Positions 48,576 through 58,241 of a stretch of DNA of 64,000 nucleotides are shown piece after piece. A model generated the notes under the pieces. That model did no database searches and was not told where the DNA came from. It was given only the letters and a program-made list of their open reading frames with translations. The DNA is from a virus (taxonomy: Duplodnaviria > Caudoviricetes), in the IMG/VR virus record IMGVR_UViG_3300017912_002752; one strand, given 5' to 3'. Position 1 is the stretch's first letter; every line of letters starts with the position of its first letter. A program made the translations under genes and the position numbers.

Positions 48576-48600
48576 AAAAAACCCACCGATTGGTGGGTTT
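48576..48600 (-). terminator. Intrinsic terminator after the tail tube gene
   Basis: AAACCCACC-aatc-GGTGGGTTT plus T tract. Confidence 0.75.
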
Positions 48601-48633
48601 ATCATTTTGTAATTTCTATTGACAATCAGTATC

Positions 48634-49122
48634 TTAGAATTGTAATATTGCGTAATCGTAAGTAAGTGTCATTTCTACGGTTGCTAAGTCTTCACCTGCG
48701 TAGTCCATATCTGAAAAGTTTGCAGATTGGATATATGCACCTTTTAGTGTCCACTCTTCTACTTTATCACCAACAGGACCCAAACTGTTGAATGTGATAT
48801 CTTTTTTATAGAAATCAGAGTATCCATCTCTACCTGTTACAGATTCGTGATGTAGTCTTACCCACTCCATTACTGCTTGTGCAGCGGAAGGTACGACTGG
48901 GTCGTATAAAGTGATTGCTAAATCTTGCCACTCAGAACGACCTTTTACATATCTTCTAACATTGATATGGTCGATGGTAACTTTACCATTGTTTATTTCT
49001 GGTCTGGCTGCTGTTTTCACCAAGTATGCAGGGATTCCTTCGATGTACATGATGAACCTATTTGACATTTTAGGTTCAAAGTTGGTGAACATTATTTCAT
49101 TTGGGTCTAATAATTGTGCCAT
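48634..49122 (-). CDS. Tail tube protein (gp19-like)
   Basis: FEPKMSNRF, WQDLAITLYDP, YKKDI..LGPVGDKVEEWTLKGA and LTYDYA. Confidence 0.9.
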   Translation of the reverse strand: MAQLLDPNEIMFTNFEPKMSNRFIMYIEGIPAYLVKTAARPEINNGKVTIDHINVRRYVKGRSEWQDLAITLYDPVVPSAAQAVMEWVRLHHESVTGRDGYSDFYKKDITFNSLGPVGDKVEEWTLKGAYIQSANFSDMDYAGEDLATVEMTLTYDYAILQF

Positions 49123-49170
49123 TTAATTCTCCTATTTCTCTTTCTAATAAATAGTGTTATCTATTTTTTT

Positions 49171-51570
49171 TTATTCAGGGAATGCTGCGCCTGTTGGTAG
49201 TACATTGAAATCAAGTACTATAAACTCTGCAGTTTTCGCTGGTTGAATAAAAATCTCTCCTTTTAAGATGTTTCTGTCAATAATATCTGGTGTATTGTTT
49301 GACTCATCCATGATTACTCGGAATGCGTAAAGACCTTGTCTTTGTTGAACTGACTCTAAGTAAGGATTAACTATACTTAAGAATCTGTTTCTTGTCGCTG
49401 CCGTGTTATTTTCGAACAATAGATATCTTGAAGATGATGCGATGAACTTCTTCAATGCTATTAACAATCTTCTTACATTGATTCTGTCAAGTGCTGATGG
49501 TCTAGCTTGGAGTGTTTTTTGTCCAAATACCGTTGCTCCTTGTCCAGGGAATGTTGCGATTGGGTTAATTCTATTTTCGTATAATGTATCTCTTTCATCG
49601 TGAGTTAATCTTGATTTAACTTCGATTACATTTGATAAACCACCTCTGTTAAGACCAGCTGGTGCGAACCATGGTTCTGCAACTGCGTCATTAAATGCGA
49701 TAACACCTGGCAATACAACACTTGGTGGTACCCAGACTGGCTTGTTCTTATCTACATCAAGGATTTTAACCCATGGGTGATAAGTACCAACATAATTCGA
49801 GTCAAATGAACTTAGTGAGTTAACTACTGTTGCGATTGAATCTTGATATGCTCCTGCGTCCATTACATAGAATGCGTCTTGTCTGTCTTCACACATATCT
49901 TTTGCAAATGTACTAACTGAAGAGTGTAGTCTATTGATTACACCTGGCGTTACCAATAAGTTCATATCATACTCATCAGGATTTGACACTGCGTTGATTG
50001 CTTTTCTGAAAGCGATTGTACCAGGAGCCGTAGCTGATGATAAATCTAATCCTTGCATATTACCTGCAACAATGTTTTGACCTGTAAGTACTGTTCTGTT
50101 TGGTGCGAATCCATCAAAACCACCTTGGAATGGTACTAAGAATTTCTTAGCATCTATAACAGAGTTTAATGTGATTGATGCTCCGTTAGAAGTACAATTA
50201 CTTAACAAGAACTTACTACCAACAGTTTCAGTATTTGAATCTGGCAGTGGGTTCAAGAAGTTTAAGTTATCAGTATTTGTAAAGTCAAAGTTATAACCTA
50301 AGAATGCTCTCTTGTTATACTCAGTACCAATAACTTGGTCAGTTACATATGATGGAGCTGGTAAATTGTGTCCACTATGTAAAGGTGAAGTTAATTTTGC
50401 AAATCCAAATGGTACAAGACTTGAATCAAGTGCACCTGCATCTAAATCAGTATCAACTTCTACTCTAATATGTGAAGATGCGTTTGGATAGTCACCATTA
50501 CTTGATACTTTTCCGTTTGCATCAACAGTAATGTATTTGTCACCGATTACCCTCTTAATATAGTTTGGTGAGTTAGGGTCTAAGTTTACACCACTAAACT
50601 CTTCTACGATGTTTGGTCTTAAATCAGAATCTTGAACTGTTTGTCCAAAAATTGAATTAGCAATCTTAGAAGTGTCTACTCTTCTTACTATTACTGAGAA
50701 TGTTCCGTATTCTGAACCTGGTACTTCATTTGCAGGTTTGATATCTCTAATACCTACTTTAAACTCATAGTTCGTAGATGTACCATGTGATAATGTATGG
50801 AACTTAAATAAGTTTTTAGTTACACCTGCGATATCTTGTGATATAATATAAGGAGTACTTGCTTCAGAGTATGCTTTTGTATAGTCAGTCTTTCTCATTG
50901 TATCGACTTCAACATCACAATTAGCGTCAGCTGAGAACGAAGAAGATTGGAAAGTCTTAAAGTTCATGTATAAGAAACCAAATTCCGAACCATTTTTAGG
51001 AGATGAACCAAATGTTTTTCCGATATAATTAGTGGCAGTTGGGTTCAATGATGCGGTTGGTATAGCTAATACTGCTGATTCTGATAATCCTGTAATTGCA
51101 CCATTACCTTTTAGGTAAAGTGCGAAGTTAGACGCCGATACTTCAGTTGTTGGGTTGTCATATGACCCACTTATGTTAGTAACTTTTGAAATATTGAAGG
51201 AACCTGTTGAGTTCGCAACACTACCAAATGGTACTTTTGTAGTAGGATGAATTACTGCTGCTACTGAACCACTAATTTTTAAAACTAAAGGTTCAACTGT
51301 GTAACCACTCTGTCCTAATACTCTAACGATAGTTGCAGTTCCTGCGTCTTCTAAATATGATTGTGCAGTATATGGTAAATATGAATCTTGTGTCAATCCA
51401 CCAAATATCTGCGTAAATTCTTCGAAGGACTCTACTTTTGTCGGTACGAATGCAGGTCCTTTTATACTTTGTCCAATTAGAGCTGCACCTATTTCACCGA
51501 TACCTTGAGGTAAAAACGATAGGTCTTTTTCTCTTGTGAATACACCTGGACTAACAATTCTTTCTGCCAT
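49171..51570 (-). CDS. Tail sheath protein (gp18-like)
   Basis: SPGVFTRE, PWFAPAGLNRG, INPIATF, GQKTLQ and DRINVRRLL. Confidence 0.95.
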   Translation of the reverse strand: MAERIVSPGVFTREKDLSFLPQGIGEIGAALIGQSIKGPAFVPTKVESFEEFTQIFGGLTQDSYLPYTAQSYLEDAGTATIVRVLGQSGYTVEPLVLKISGSVAAVIHPTTKVPFGSVANSTGSFNISKVTNISGSYDNPTTEVSASNFALYLKGNGAITGLSESAVLAIPTASLNPTATNYIGKTFGSSPKNGSEFGFLYMNFKTFQSSSFSADANCDVEVDTMRKTDYTKAYSEASTPYIISQDIAGVTKNLFKFHTLSHGTSTNYEFKVGIRDIKPANEVPGSEYGTFSVIVRRVDTSKIANSIFGQTVQDSDLRPNIVEEFSGVNLDPNSPNYIKRVIGDKYITVDANGKVSSNGDYPNASSHIRVEVDTDLDAGALDSSLVPFGFAKLTSPLHSGHNLPAPSYVTDQVIGTEYNKRAFLGYNFDFTNTDNLNFLNPLPDSNTETVGSKFLLSNCTSNGASITLNSVIDAKKFLVPFQGGFDGFAPNRTVLTGQNIVAGNMQGLDLSSATAPGTIAFRKAINAVSNPDEYDMNLLVTPGVINRLHSSVSTFAKDMCEDRQDAFYVMDAGAYQDSIATVVNSLSSFDSNYVGTYHPWVKILDVDKNKPVWVPPSVVLPGVIAFNDAVAEPWFAPAGLNRGGLSNVIEVKSRLTHDERDTLYENRINPIATFPGQGATVFGQKTLQARPSALDRINVRRLLIALKKFIASSSRYLLFENNTAATRNRFLSIVNPYLESVQQRQGLYAFRVIMDESNNTPDIIDRNILKGEIFIQPAKTAEFIVLDFNVLPTGAAFPE

Positions 51571-51640
51571 TATTTTCTCCTAAATTAAATCTTTGGGTTT
51601 ACCTTTATATAAATACCTCAAAAATTTCGAAAACGAATAC

Positions 51641-51922
51641 TTATTTGCTAGGTGTGAATGTATTGGTTTGAACATCATATGTTCCATCACCATATTTACT
51701 TCTCAATTCTTCACCAAACTTGTTTTCTTCGTCAACTAATTCTCTGTAAGATTTCATCAATGTGTCTTTTTCGTCTTTTAAACTACTGAATTGTGATTCT
51801 AAGGTAGTTATACCGATTTCAATTTCACCTAACCTTGCAGTTATAGATAAAACTTTACTTTGAATTTCTGTAATTTTCTTTTTCTCTTCTTCCGAAAAAC
51901 TTCTTAATTCTTTTTCTGCCAT
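51641..51922 (-). CDS. Coiled-coil hypothetical protein
   Basis: 93 aa with a heptad pattern ending KYGDGTYD. Confidence 0.6.
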   Translation of the reverse strand: MAEKELRSFSEEEKKKITEIQSKVLSITARLGEIEIGITTLESQFSSLKDEKDTLMKSYRELVDEENKFGEELRSKYGDGTYDVQTNTFTPSK

Positions 51923-51966
51923 AACTCTAAAATTTATTGTTTACTACTAATATAAATATGGAAAAA

Positions 51967-52806
51967 TTATTCATTACCACTTTTTTTGGCTTTTTTATTG
52001 CCAGAAAGTGTTGGGTCTTCAGTAAATACTACTTTTCCTTTTGATATTCTTCGTTTTGTGTTGTTGTTTAAACCTACATATTCTGGTACAATATATGCTT
52101 TTGCTACCAATGATATTGTTGCTTTAGTAATTCTATCTTGACCCATTTCTGCAATAGTTTCAAATGAGTAAGAATCACCTTTTATTACAAACTTGTATCT
52201 TTCACCAAAAGAACGACCTTGAAAGAATACAATCTGTTCTACTACTTTATTAACCTGCTCCATGTAGTCACACCAAACTATTACTTCATATTGTAAATCG
52301 ACATAATCTGGTCTTTCTACTGATAAAAATTCTTTTTTAGGAACTTCACCTGTTAATATTGAAAATTGGTCATAACGATTTACTTTTGTATATTTTCTTT
52401 CAAATGCCTGATGTGCGTCTTCGTTTTGTGCAACTTTTAGTTTTGATAGTTCTGTATTAATTGAAAGATTATCTCTTTTGAAGACTATAACGGGTGTTAA
52501 TATCATTCCGTTTTCATCTTTCATAAAACCATCTCTTTGTGCACTTGCCCATTTTTCAGGTGAAGCGTACATTACAGGTACAGGAAAAAATCTTCCATCA
52601 TCCTCAACAGTTGGTCTTACATCTTTTTCTAAAAAGTTTTTAAATGCAGAATCAACATCATAAATACCAACACTAACATTTTTTACATTGTCTTTATCTC
52701 GTCTTATTTGTTTTGCCTTGTTTAACTTAGGGTCAACAGATGTAGACGATTGTGTTTGTATAATCTGAGGTTTTGATTTATCTTCGTTTCTGTATCTTGT
52801 TGCCAT
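51967..52806 (-). CDS. Tail terminator / sheath stabiliser (gp15-like)
   Basis: VPVMYASPEKW and PDYVDLQYE...QVNKVVEQI; follows the neck genes. Confidence 0.7.
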   Translation of the reverse strand: MATRYRNEDKSKPQIIQTQSSTSVDPKLNKAKQIRRDKDNVKNVSVGIYDVDSAFKNFLEKDVRPTVEDDGRFFPVPVMYASPEKWASAQRDGFMKDENGMILTPVIVFKRDNLSINTELSKLKVAQNEDAHQAFERKYTKVNRYDQFSILTGEVPKKEFLSVERPDYVDLQYEVIVWCDYMEQVNKVVEQIVFFQGRSFGERYKFVIKGDSYSFETIAEMGQDRITKATISLVAKAYIVPEYVGLNNNTKRRISKGKVVFTEDPTLSGNKKAKKSGNE

Positions 52807-52807
52807 T

Positions 52808-53335
52808 TTATAATCCTACTGGTACTTCATTATCATTCTGATTTGAATTACCAAATCTTGTTTCTACTAATTTAATACTTGATTGTCTTGTTACATGAGT
52901 ATCACATATAATAGATACATTAAGACCTTGAGTGTCACCACCATCCCAATATTTAGGATTTTTACCTGCAAAGTACTGATATGAGTACGATGCGTCAATC
53001 AAATGATATTCATTATTCCATTGTATAATGTCACCAACTTCAGGCACTAAGTCTTTTGATACAAGTGTATCTCTTAAAAATTTGAATTGTACTTCACGCT
53101 GATATGATTGTCCAAATTCATCTGAAATTTGTGATGCTTGATTTCTTTCAACTAAACATGGTACTTTTATTGGATTGTGAAATACTTTATCTTTGCCTTC
53201 ACCATATAAATTAGATTTAGTTTCAGTAACCGCTACCATATAGTAATAGACTTCTGTATCAATAATATCATTGATGAGTTCTTTGTTCACTTTGTTGAAC
53301 AAATCCATATCTCGTTGTCCACCGAACAATGCCAT
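52808..53335 (-). CDS. Neck / head-closure protein (gp14-like)
   Basis: NLYGE...PEVGDIIQW; follows the gp13-like gene. Confidence 0.7.
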   Translation of the reverse strand: MALFGGQRDMDLFNKVNKELINDIIDTEVYYYMVAVTETKSNLYGEGKDKVFHNPIKVPCLVERNQASQISDEFGQSYQREVQFKFLRDTLVSKDLVPEVGDIIQWNNEYHLIDASYSYQYFAGKNPKYWDGGDTQGLNVSIICDTHVTRQSSIKLVETRFGNSNQNDNEVPVGL

Positions 53336-53338
53336 GTC

Positions 53339-54502
53339 TTATCCTATATAAATTGGTCTTGGAACTCTGTTTAAAGTTTCTTCTAAGAATTCAGACTCTT
53401 CTTTACGCGCTTCCATTAATGCTCTACGAGATGTAGATTCTAACATTTCTTTTAATTCTGTTAGTAAAGTTTCTTTTTCAGCTGAAGCTTCGTTTCTTAA
53501 ATCAGAACCATCAAGTGTTACATCTGCACCTGGTATAGGAATAGAACTAAATTTAGCTCTAATTGCACCTAACATTTCTTTTGCTAACGCCAATGCGTAT
53601 CTAGCAATCCATTGTTTTCCTGCGCTATTAATATTTGTGTATGTTAATCTTCCAAATGGTGCGTTTGATAAATCACTTACAACATTTGTACCTGCTACTG
53701 CTGATTTACTATCACTTTCTAATGTATAGTCAAAGTAAACCTTTTTACCATCATCTCTTCCTGATGGTAATGGGTATAGTCTTATTCGTTTACCATCTAC
53801 ATGAAATCCATATGCAGATTTACGAATGTAATCATTAAATTCAATAGCTTGTAATCTTAACAAGTCATCAAACATTGGTTGCATCATAAAAGAAACACCT
53901 GGCGAATAGTTACCCCATCCAAAAGTTTCTAACATTTGTTGAGAACCTAAACCAGTACCCACAAATGGGTCAAAGTATCTTATAATAGCAGGTGGTTGTG
54001 TATGGAATACTTTTCTTAACACAACACCATCATTAACCGACCCACTTTCTAAACTTACAACACTTGCATCCGATAAGTCATAAATTTGTTGTCCTGATAC
54101 CATATTGAACGACCCCGTGAATACTGTGACTCTTCCACCACTACCCGCTTCCGTTCCATAATCTTTTGCTATACTTACTACACCATTTAGGTTTGGTGCT
54201 ATTTCTGTATCTTTTAAATCACCATTCAGGTCAGACCCTTGTAATGATAATAAATTTTCTTTTGCTCTATATTGATTTACTTGTGAAGAATATTCATTAG
54301 CTGCCTCTTCAAGACAAGTAAAAAAGTTAATGTCTTGTAATTCAACATCTACGATTGGATATCCCAATCTCTTCGCACACCACTCTGCAACTTTCGGAGC
54401 ATCACTTTGAAATTGTGCATCACCATCAAAGTATCCGAAAGGAGTTGATGAACCACTTGTAAATGAACCTGAGCCAGGCCAAATTGGAATGTTTACTGCC
54501 AT
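53339..54502 (-). CDS. Neck protein (gp13-like)
   Basis: RLGYPIVDVEL and WIARYALALAKEMLGAIRAKF..IPIPG..VTLDG. Confidence 0.8.
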   Translation of the reverse strand: MAVNIPIWPGSGSFTSGSSTPFGYFDGDAQFQSDAPKVAEWCAKRLGYPIVDVELQDINFFTCLEEAANEYSSQVNQYRAKENLLSLQGSDLNGDLKDTEIAPNLNGVVSIAKDYGTEAGSGGRVTVFTGSFNMVSGQQIYDLSDASVVSLESGSVNDGVVLRKVFHTQPPAIIRYFDPFVGTGLGSQQMLETFGWGNYSPGVSFMMQPMFDDLLRLQAIEFNDYIRKSAYGFHVDGKRIRLYPLPSGRDDGKKVYFDYTLESDSKSAVAGTNVVSDLSNAPFGRLTYTNINSAGKQWIARYALALAKEMLGAIRAKFSSIPIPGADVTLDGSDLRNEASAEKETLLTELKEMLESTSRRALMEARKEESEFLEETLNRVPRPIYIG

Positions 54503-54520
54503 TTAATTCTCCTCTATGTA

Positions 54521-54528
54521 TATAAATA
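54521..54528 (-). promoter_or_regulatory. Putative late-promoter motif TATTTATA (upstream of the neck gene)
   Basis: Same octamer at 12389, 33766, 36843, 47011, 51608, 51951 and 58223, each time intergenic and just upstream of a start codon. Confidence 0.6.
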
Positions 54529-54537
54529 TGGAAATAA

Positions 54538-56301
54538 TTAGCTTTCCCTATTTTCCATAAACGAAACTACAATATAACGAGTACCTTTTGTTGTAGCCCT
54601 TGCGCCGTGCTTATGTGTTATATTGCCAGGGTGTAATGTTGCGTAACCGATTGGACCTTTTACTAACTTCTTTTGTCTTCTAAACCAAGTACCACCACCC
54701 TCGTACTCGTCTAAGTCTGATAATTGTATCAAACAAGTAATATCAGCTTTATCATGATGTATAGAAAGATGTCCTTGTGCATCTGGTTTATATTTAGCTA
54801 AAAAGTTTTCAGAACTCATATCATCCCAACCCTTACCTTCTAACGCCCATAAATATATGCTAAGTTGCATAACATACTCTTTTAGTACATCATTATATAT
54901 TTCATCCATACCGATTGCGGTCAATAACATATCTGTTGTTGGATAGTTTTCGTGTCTATCAACAGTCCATGCATTTGAGTGTTCTGCCTCTTCTCTAATT
55001 TTTTTACAAAACTCCTCTGTAAATAGTGGGAATGTAAAACAACTATCAAAAGGTTCGTCTACTATCAAGTCCCATTCTTTTGTTCTTGCTGAATATGTTA
55101 TAAATTTATTTGTCCATTCTTGTTTATTATCCCAATATGAGTATAAATCGGAATGTAATCTTTCACCTTCTTTTGGTTCTACATCCATTAGTAATGTTTT
55201 TTGAAGTTCTGTTAATTCATTATTTGTAGAAGAATCGTTTATCATATCCATCCATTCATTATATCTTACACTCCAATTTTGTTCTCTTGCAAACTTTTCT
55301 GACTTATCTAAGTTTACTATACTGTTTTGTTCTCTATCAGCTTCAAATGCGTATGCAGCTACTATTGTTTCTCTCATCAATCCCACATCTACATTAGAGT
55401 TTACGACTATGGATTTATTATTTAGTAATTTTTTTAAATTACCTGTATCGGTTGATATTATTTTAACTCTACCCATCATCATTTCAAGTGCAGTTATACA
55501 ATATGTTTCATCATATTGTGATGGATAAATCCAATACTCAGATGATTTTATTTGTCTGTATAAATCACTTGGGCTTAAAGAACCTAAAAATCTTACATCT
55601 AAATCTTCGATGTTAGGGTAATCTTTTTTAATTCTGTCTAAATCACTCCAATCATCTGTATATGGTGGTTGTGCCACCCATAATGTTAATTTAGGATTTA
55701 TTTTCTTTAAGTCATCCCATATATTAAATAAATTCCATAGACCTCTATCTGGTCCTGATGTGTAAATTACTTTGTGTTTAAATTTTTCTTGTTTGATACT
55801 ATCAAATAAGTCTACATTTACGGCATTACCTATTACCTTTATCTTATCACCTTCGATATTATACTTTTCATATAACTTACCTCGTTGCCAATCCGATACT
55901 GCTACTATATTTGTTAGTTTTGGGTGTTTAAGATAGTCTAATCCGTTATTTGGTAATACACCACCATTGTACCACGGATAAAATTCTAAGTTATGTATCC
56001 AAAAGTATGATTTATCAAATGTAATATTTTTTTCTTCTAAATGTTTGAAATAGTGTATATAATTAGATGCGATTACAACATCAAAGTGTTGATTATTTTG
56101 AAGACTTGTGTAATCAACATACTTTACTTGATTGTATGTTTCAGAATCTAATTCACCTGTAACAAATACATCGTGTCCGTTTTTTGAAAACTCTTCTGCA
56201 AGATGTATTATACAATACTCTGAACCACCCACACCATTTTTTATCCAATTTGTTTTATTGAATGGTTTATTTTGATAACCTACTGTAAATAATATTTTCA
56301 T
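54538..56301 (-). CDS. GT4-like glycosyltransferase fused to a PLOD-type (procollagen lysyl hydroxylase-like) 2OG-Fe(II) dioxygenase
   Basis: N-part: GGSE, YTSGPDRGL, YPSQYDETYCITALE (GT-B). C-part: FPLFTEEFC..IREEAEH...PTTD...KYKPDAQGHLSIHHD...YEGGG...HPGNITHKHG...TTKGTRYIVVSF. Confidence 0.85.
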   Translation of the reverse strand: MKILFTVGYQNKPFNKTNWIKNGVGGSEYCIIHLAEEFSKNGHDVFVTGELDSETYNQVKYVDYTSLQNNQHFDVVIASNYIHYFKHLEEKNITFDKSYFWIHNLEFYPWYNGGVLPNNGLDYLKHPKLTNIVAVSDWQRGKLYEKYNIEGDKIKVIGNAVNVDLFDSIKQEKFKHKVIYTSGPDRGLWNLFNIWDDLKKINPKLTLWVAQPPYTDDWSDLDRIKKDYPNIEDLDVRFLGSLSPSDLYRQIKSSEYWIYPSQYDETYCITALEMMMGRVKIISTDTGNLKKLLNNKSIVVNSNVDVGLMRETIVAAYAFEADREQNSIVNLDKSEKFAREQNWSVRYNEWMDMINDSSTNNELTELQKTLLMDVEPKEGERLHSDLYSYWDNKQEWTNKFITYSARTKEWDLIVDEPFDSCFTFPLFTEEFCKKIREEAEHSNAWTVDRHENYPTTDMLLTAIGMDEIYNDVLKEYVMQLSIYLWALEGKGWDDMSSENFLAKYKPDAQGHLSIHHDKADITCLIQLSDLDEYEGGGTWFRRQKKLVKGPIGYATLHPGNITHKHGARATTKGTRYIVVSFMENRES

Positions 56302-56303
56302 AC

Positions 56304-57596
56304 TTAATCTATTATGTAATTTACAAATCCTTCGTTTTCGTAATATTTTGTTCCATTTCTATAACCAATTTCTTTTATAGAGTGTCCTGCATCATCATCC
56401 CACATCCAATCTTCTTTTCCAAGTTCTTCAAATCTTTCTTTGATTTGAAAATCATAATGGTCTCTAATTAATCTTGCTCTTCGATTAATATCTACTCTAT
56501 TGTTATCAACAGTAGAATCACCATTATTATATTGTACATATAACATTTTTCTAACATGAATAAATTTAGTTTCTAAAAATGTTTTAATAATCAGTTCGAA
56601 ATCATCTGCTACTGATATGTTTCTACTATGACCCCTTATCTTATGATAAGTATCTCTATTCCAAACTCTACAATGATTTGGCATACCTATATTAAATCTA
56701 ATTGTTTTTGGATTTATTTCAGGATAATGATGAACTAACCATCTCTTACCATCTATTTGTTTCCAAGTATGTCCTGCGTATGCAAAAACAAACATATTTT
56801 CAGGATGACCATACCAATCATCACCAATATAACCATATTGTCTTGGTGAATTATCTTTGTTAATTTCGGTTACATCTGTATAAATAAACCCTGCATCAGG
56901 ATATTTTTTAGATGCATTCAGTACATCTTCTAAACAAGTTGAGATTAACCAATCGTCATGGTCCAATTCAAATAACCACTCACCATCACATAACATAGCT
57001 GCTCTATGTTTTGCTTCACCAACATTACCACCTGAATTTGGTTGGATTCTATATATTTTTACTCTATCATCTAAACTTGCTATATGATTTAACATTTGCC
57101 AAGTTAAATTATGGTCTTCTGGTGAATCGTCTACAACAACCCACTCCCAATTTTGATATGTTTGTTCAACTAAGGATTTGTATGTTCTAAAAATTCTTTT
57201 TTCTGTTTTATATGTTGGTGTAAATATAGATAAAATGGGATTATCTTTATTACCATAAATTTCTTTTTGAGATTTACACGCCCAAAATGTAGATTGACAA
57301 ACAATTATGTTAGCTATAACATTATCATCAAATATCTCATCTCTTTGAACTATTTTAGACGATACATCAGTTCTTTTGGATAATTCTTTTAAATTCTCAG
57401 GAATTTCACCAAATACTAAAATAATATCAGGTTTGTGCTTAGAAAGATGTACTTTTACATTTTTATCTGTACGATATGAATGTATAACTACCTTTTCGAT
57501 TAAGTTTTCTTCCCAATAAACATCGGATTCTAACTCATACCTTCCAAATCTATTCCATCCATAAACTAATGCGGTTGGTAAACTTGTTTTTCGCAT
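56304..57596 (-). CDS. Glycosyltransferase family 2
   Basis: SIFTPTYK, WEWVVVDDS, ELDHDD and ADDFEL; ATG at 57596 preferred. Confidence 0.85.
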   Translation of the reverse strand: MRKTSLPTALVYGWNRFGRYELESDVYWEENLIEKVVIHSYRTDKNVKVHLSKHKPDIILVFGEIPENLKELSKRTDVSSKIVQRDEIFDDNVIANIIVCQSTFWACKSQKEIYGNKDNPILSIFTPTYKTEKRIFRTYKSLVEQTYQNWEWVVVDDSPEDHNLTWQMLNHIASLDDRVKIYRIQPNSGGNVGEAKHRAAMLCDGEWLFELDHDDWLISTCLEDVLNASKKYPDAGFIYTDVTEINKDNSPRQYGYIGDDWYGHPENMFVFAYAGHTWKQIDGKRWLVHHYPEINPKTIRFNIGMPNHCRVWNRDTYHKIRGHSRNISVADDFELIIKTFLETKFIHVRKMLYVQYNNGDSTVDNNRVDINRRARLIRDHYDFQIKERFEELGKEDWMWDDDAGHSIKEIGYRNGTKYYENEGFVNYIID

Positions 57597-57600
57597 ACTA

Positions 57601-58203
57601 CTACCTATATGGTTCACCACCTACCCAAAGAACGAAAGACTTTCTTACACCCTTTGTTACAGGAGTTACTCTATGTAAATAAAATGAAGGAAATATAATT
57701 GCAGCTCCTTGTTCTCTGTGTGCTACTATTTCTTTTCCAATATTAAATTCTAAATCACCACCTTCATACTCATCTGAATCTGAAAGTTGTACTGTTACTG
57801 ATATTTTTCGTTGATTCTGTATCTCTATACCACAATCCATATGCCAGTCATATCCACCTTCTTGTGTTCCATAATATTCTGTATATTGAATTTGTTCATT
57901 CATAGCAGATAAATCAAACTTCCACATTGAATCATTTGCGGATTTTATAAAATCATGTAGTTTTCCATACACCCATGCCCATTCTTCATTTTGTGGACAC
58001 CACTTTATTCTTGATTTTCTGTAATCGTCTTTTTTGGATTGTTCACCTTCACCTACTTTAGCATCTTGAAAAGGAAGTTTATTTGTCATTTCCTCAATAG
58101 TTTTCAACTCTTGTCTGCTAAATGCGTTTTTGAACCAATAGTAATCGTTGAAGTTTACATTTTCTCGATAGGAATCTCTATCAAATCTAAAACCTGCTCT
58201 CAT
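57601..58203 (-). CDS. 2OG-Fe(II) hydroxylase (prolyl-4-hydroxylase/PKHD-like)
   Basis: YDWHMD...RKISVTVQL..YEGGDL...FPSFYLHRVTPVTKGVRKS. Confidence 0.85.
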   Translation of the reverse strand: MRAGFRFDRDSYRENVNFNDYYWFKNAFSRQELKTIEEMTNKLPFQDAKVGEGEQSKKDDYRKSRIKWCPQNEEWAWVYGKLHDFIKSANDSMWKFDLSAMNEQIQYTEYYGTQEGGYDWHMDCGIEIQNQRKISVTVQLSDSDEYEGGDLEFNIGKEIVAHREQGAAIIFPSFYLHRVTPVTKGVRKSFVLWVGGEPYR

Positions 58204-58222
58204 AACTTTTATTTTGTTTTAT

Positions 58223-58230
58223 TATAAATA
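58223..58230 (-). promoter_or_regulatory. Putative late-promoter motif TATTTATA heading the hydroxylase/GT cassette
   Basis: Octamer 19 nt upstream of the ATG at 58203. Confidence 0.6.
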
Positions 58231-58241
58231 TTAAAAATTAA

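Noticed and set aside
66-58227. Short plus-strand ORFs throughout the window
   Set aside because: All lie antisense to well-supported minus-strand genes and lack recognisable motifs.
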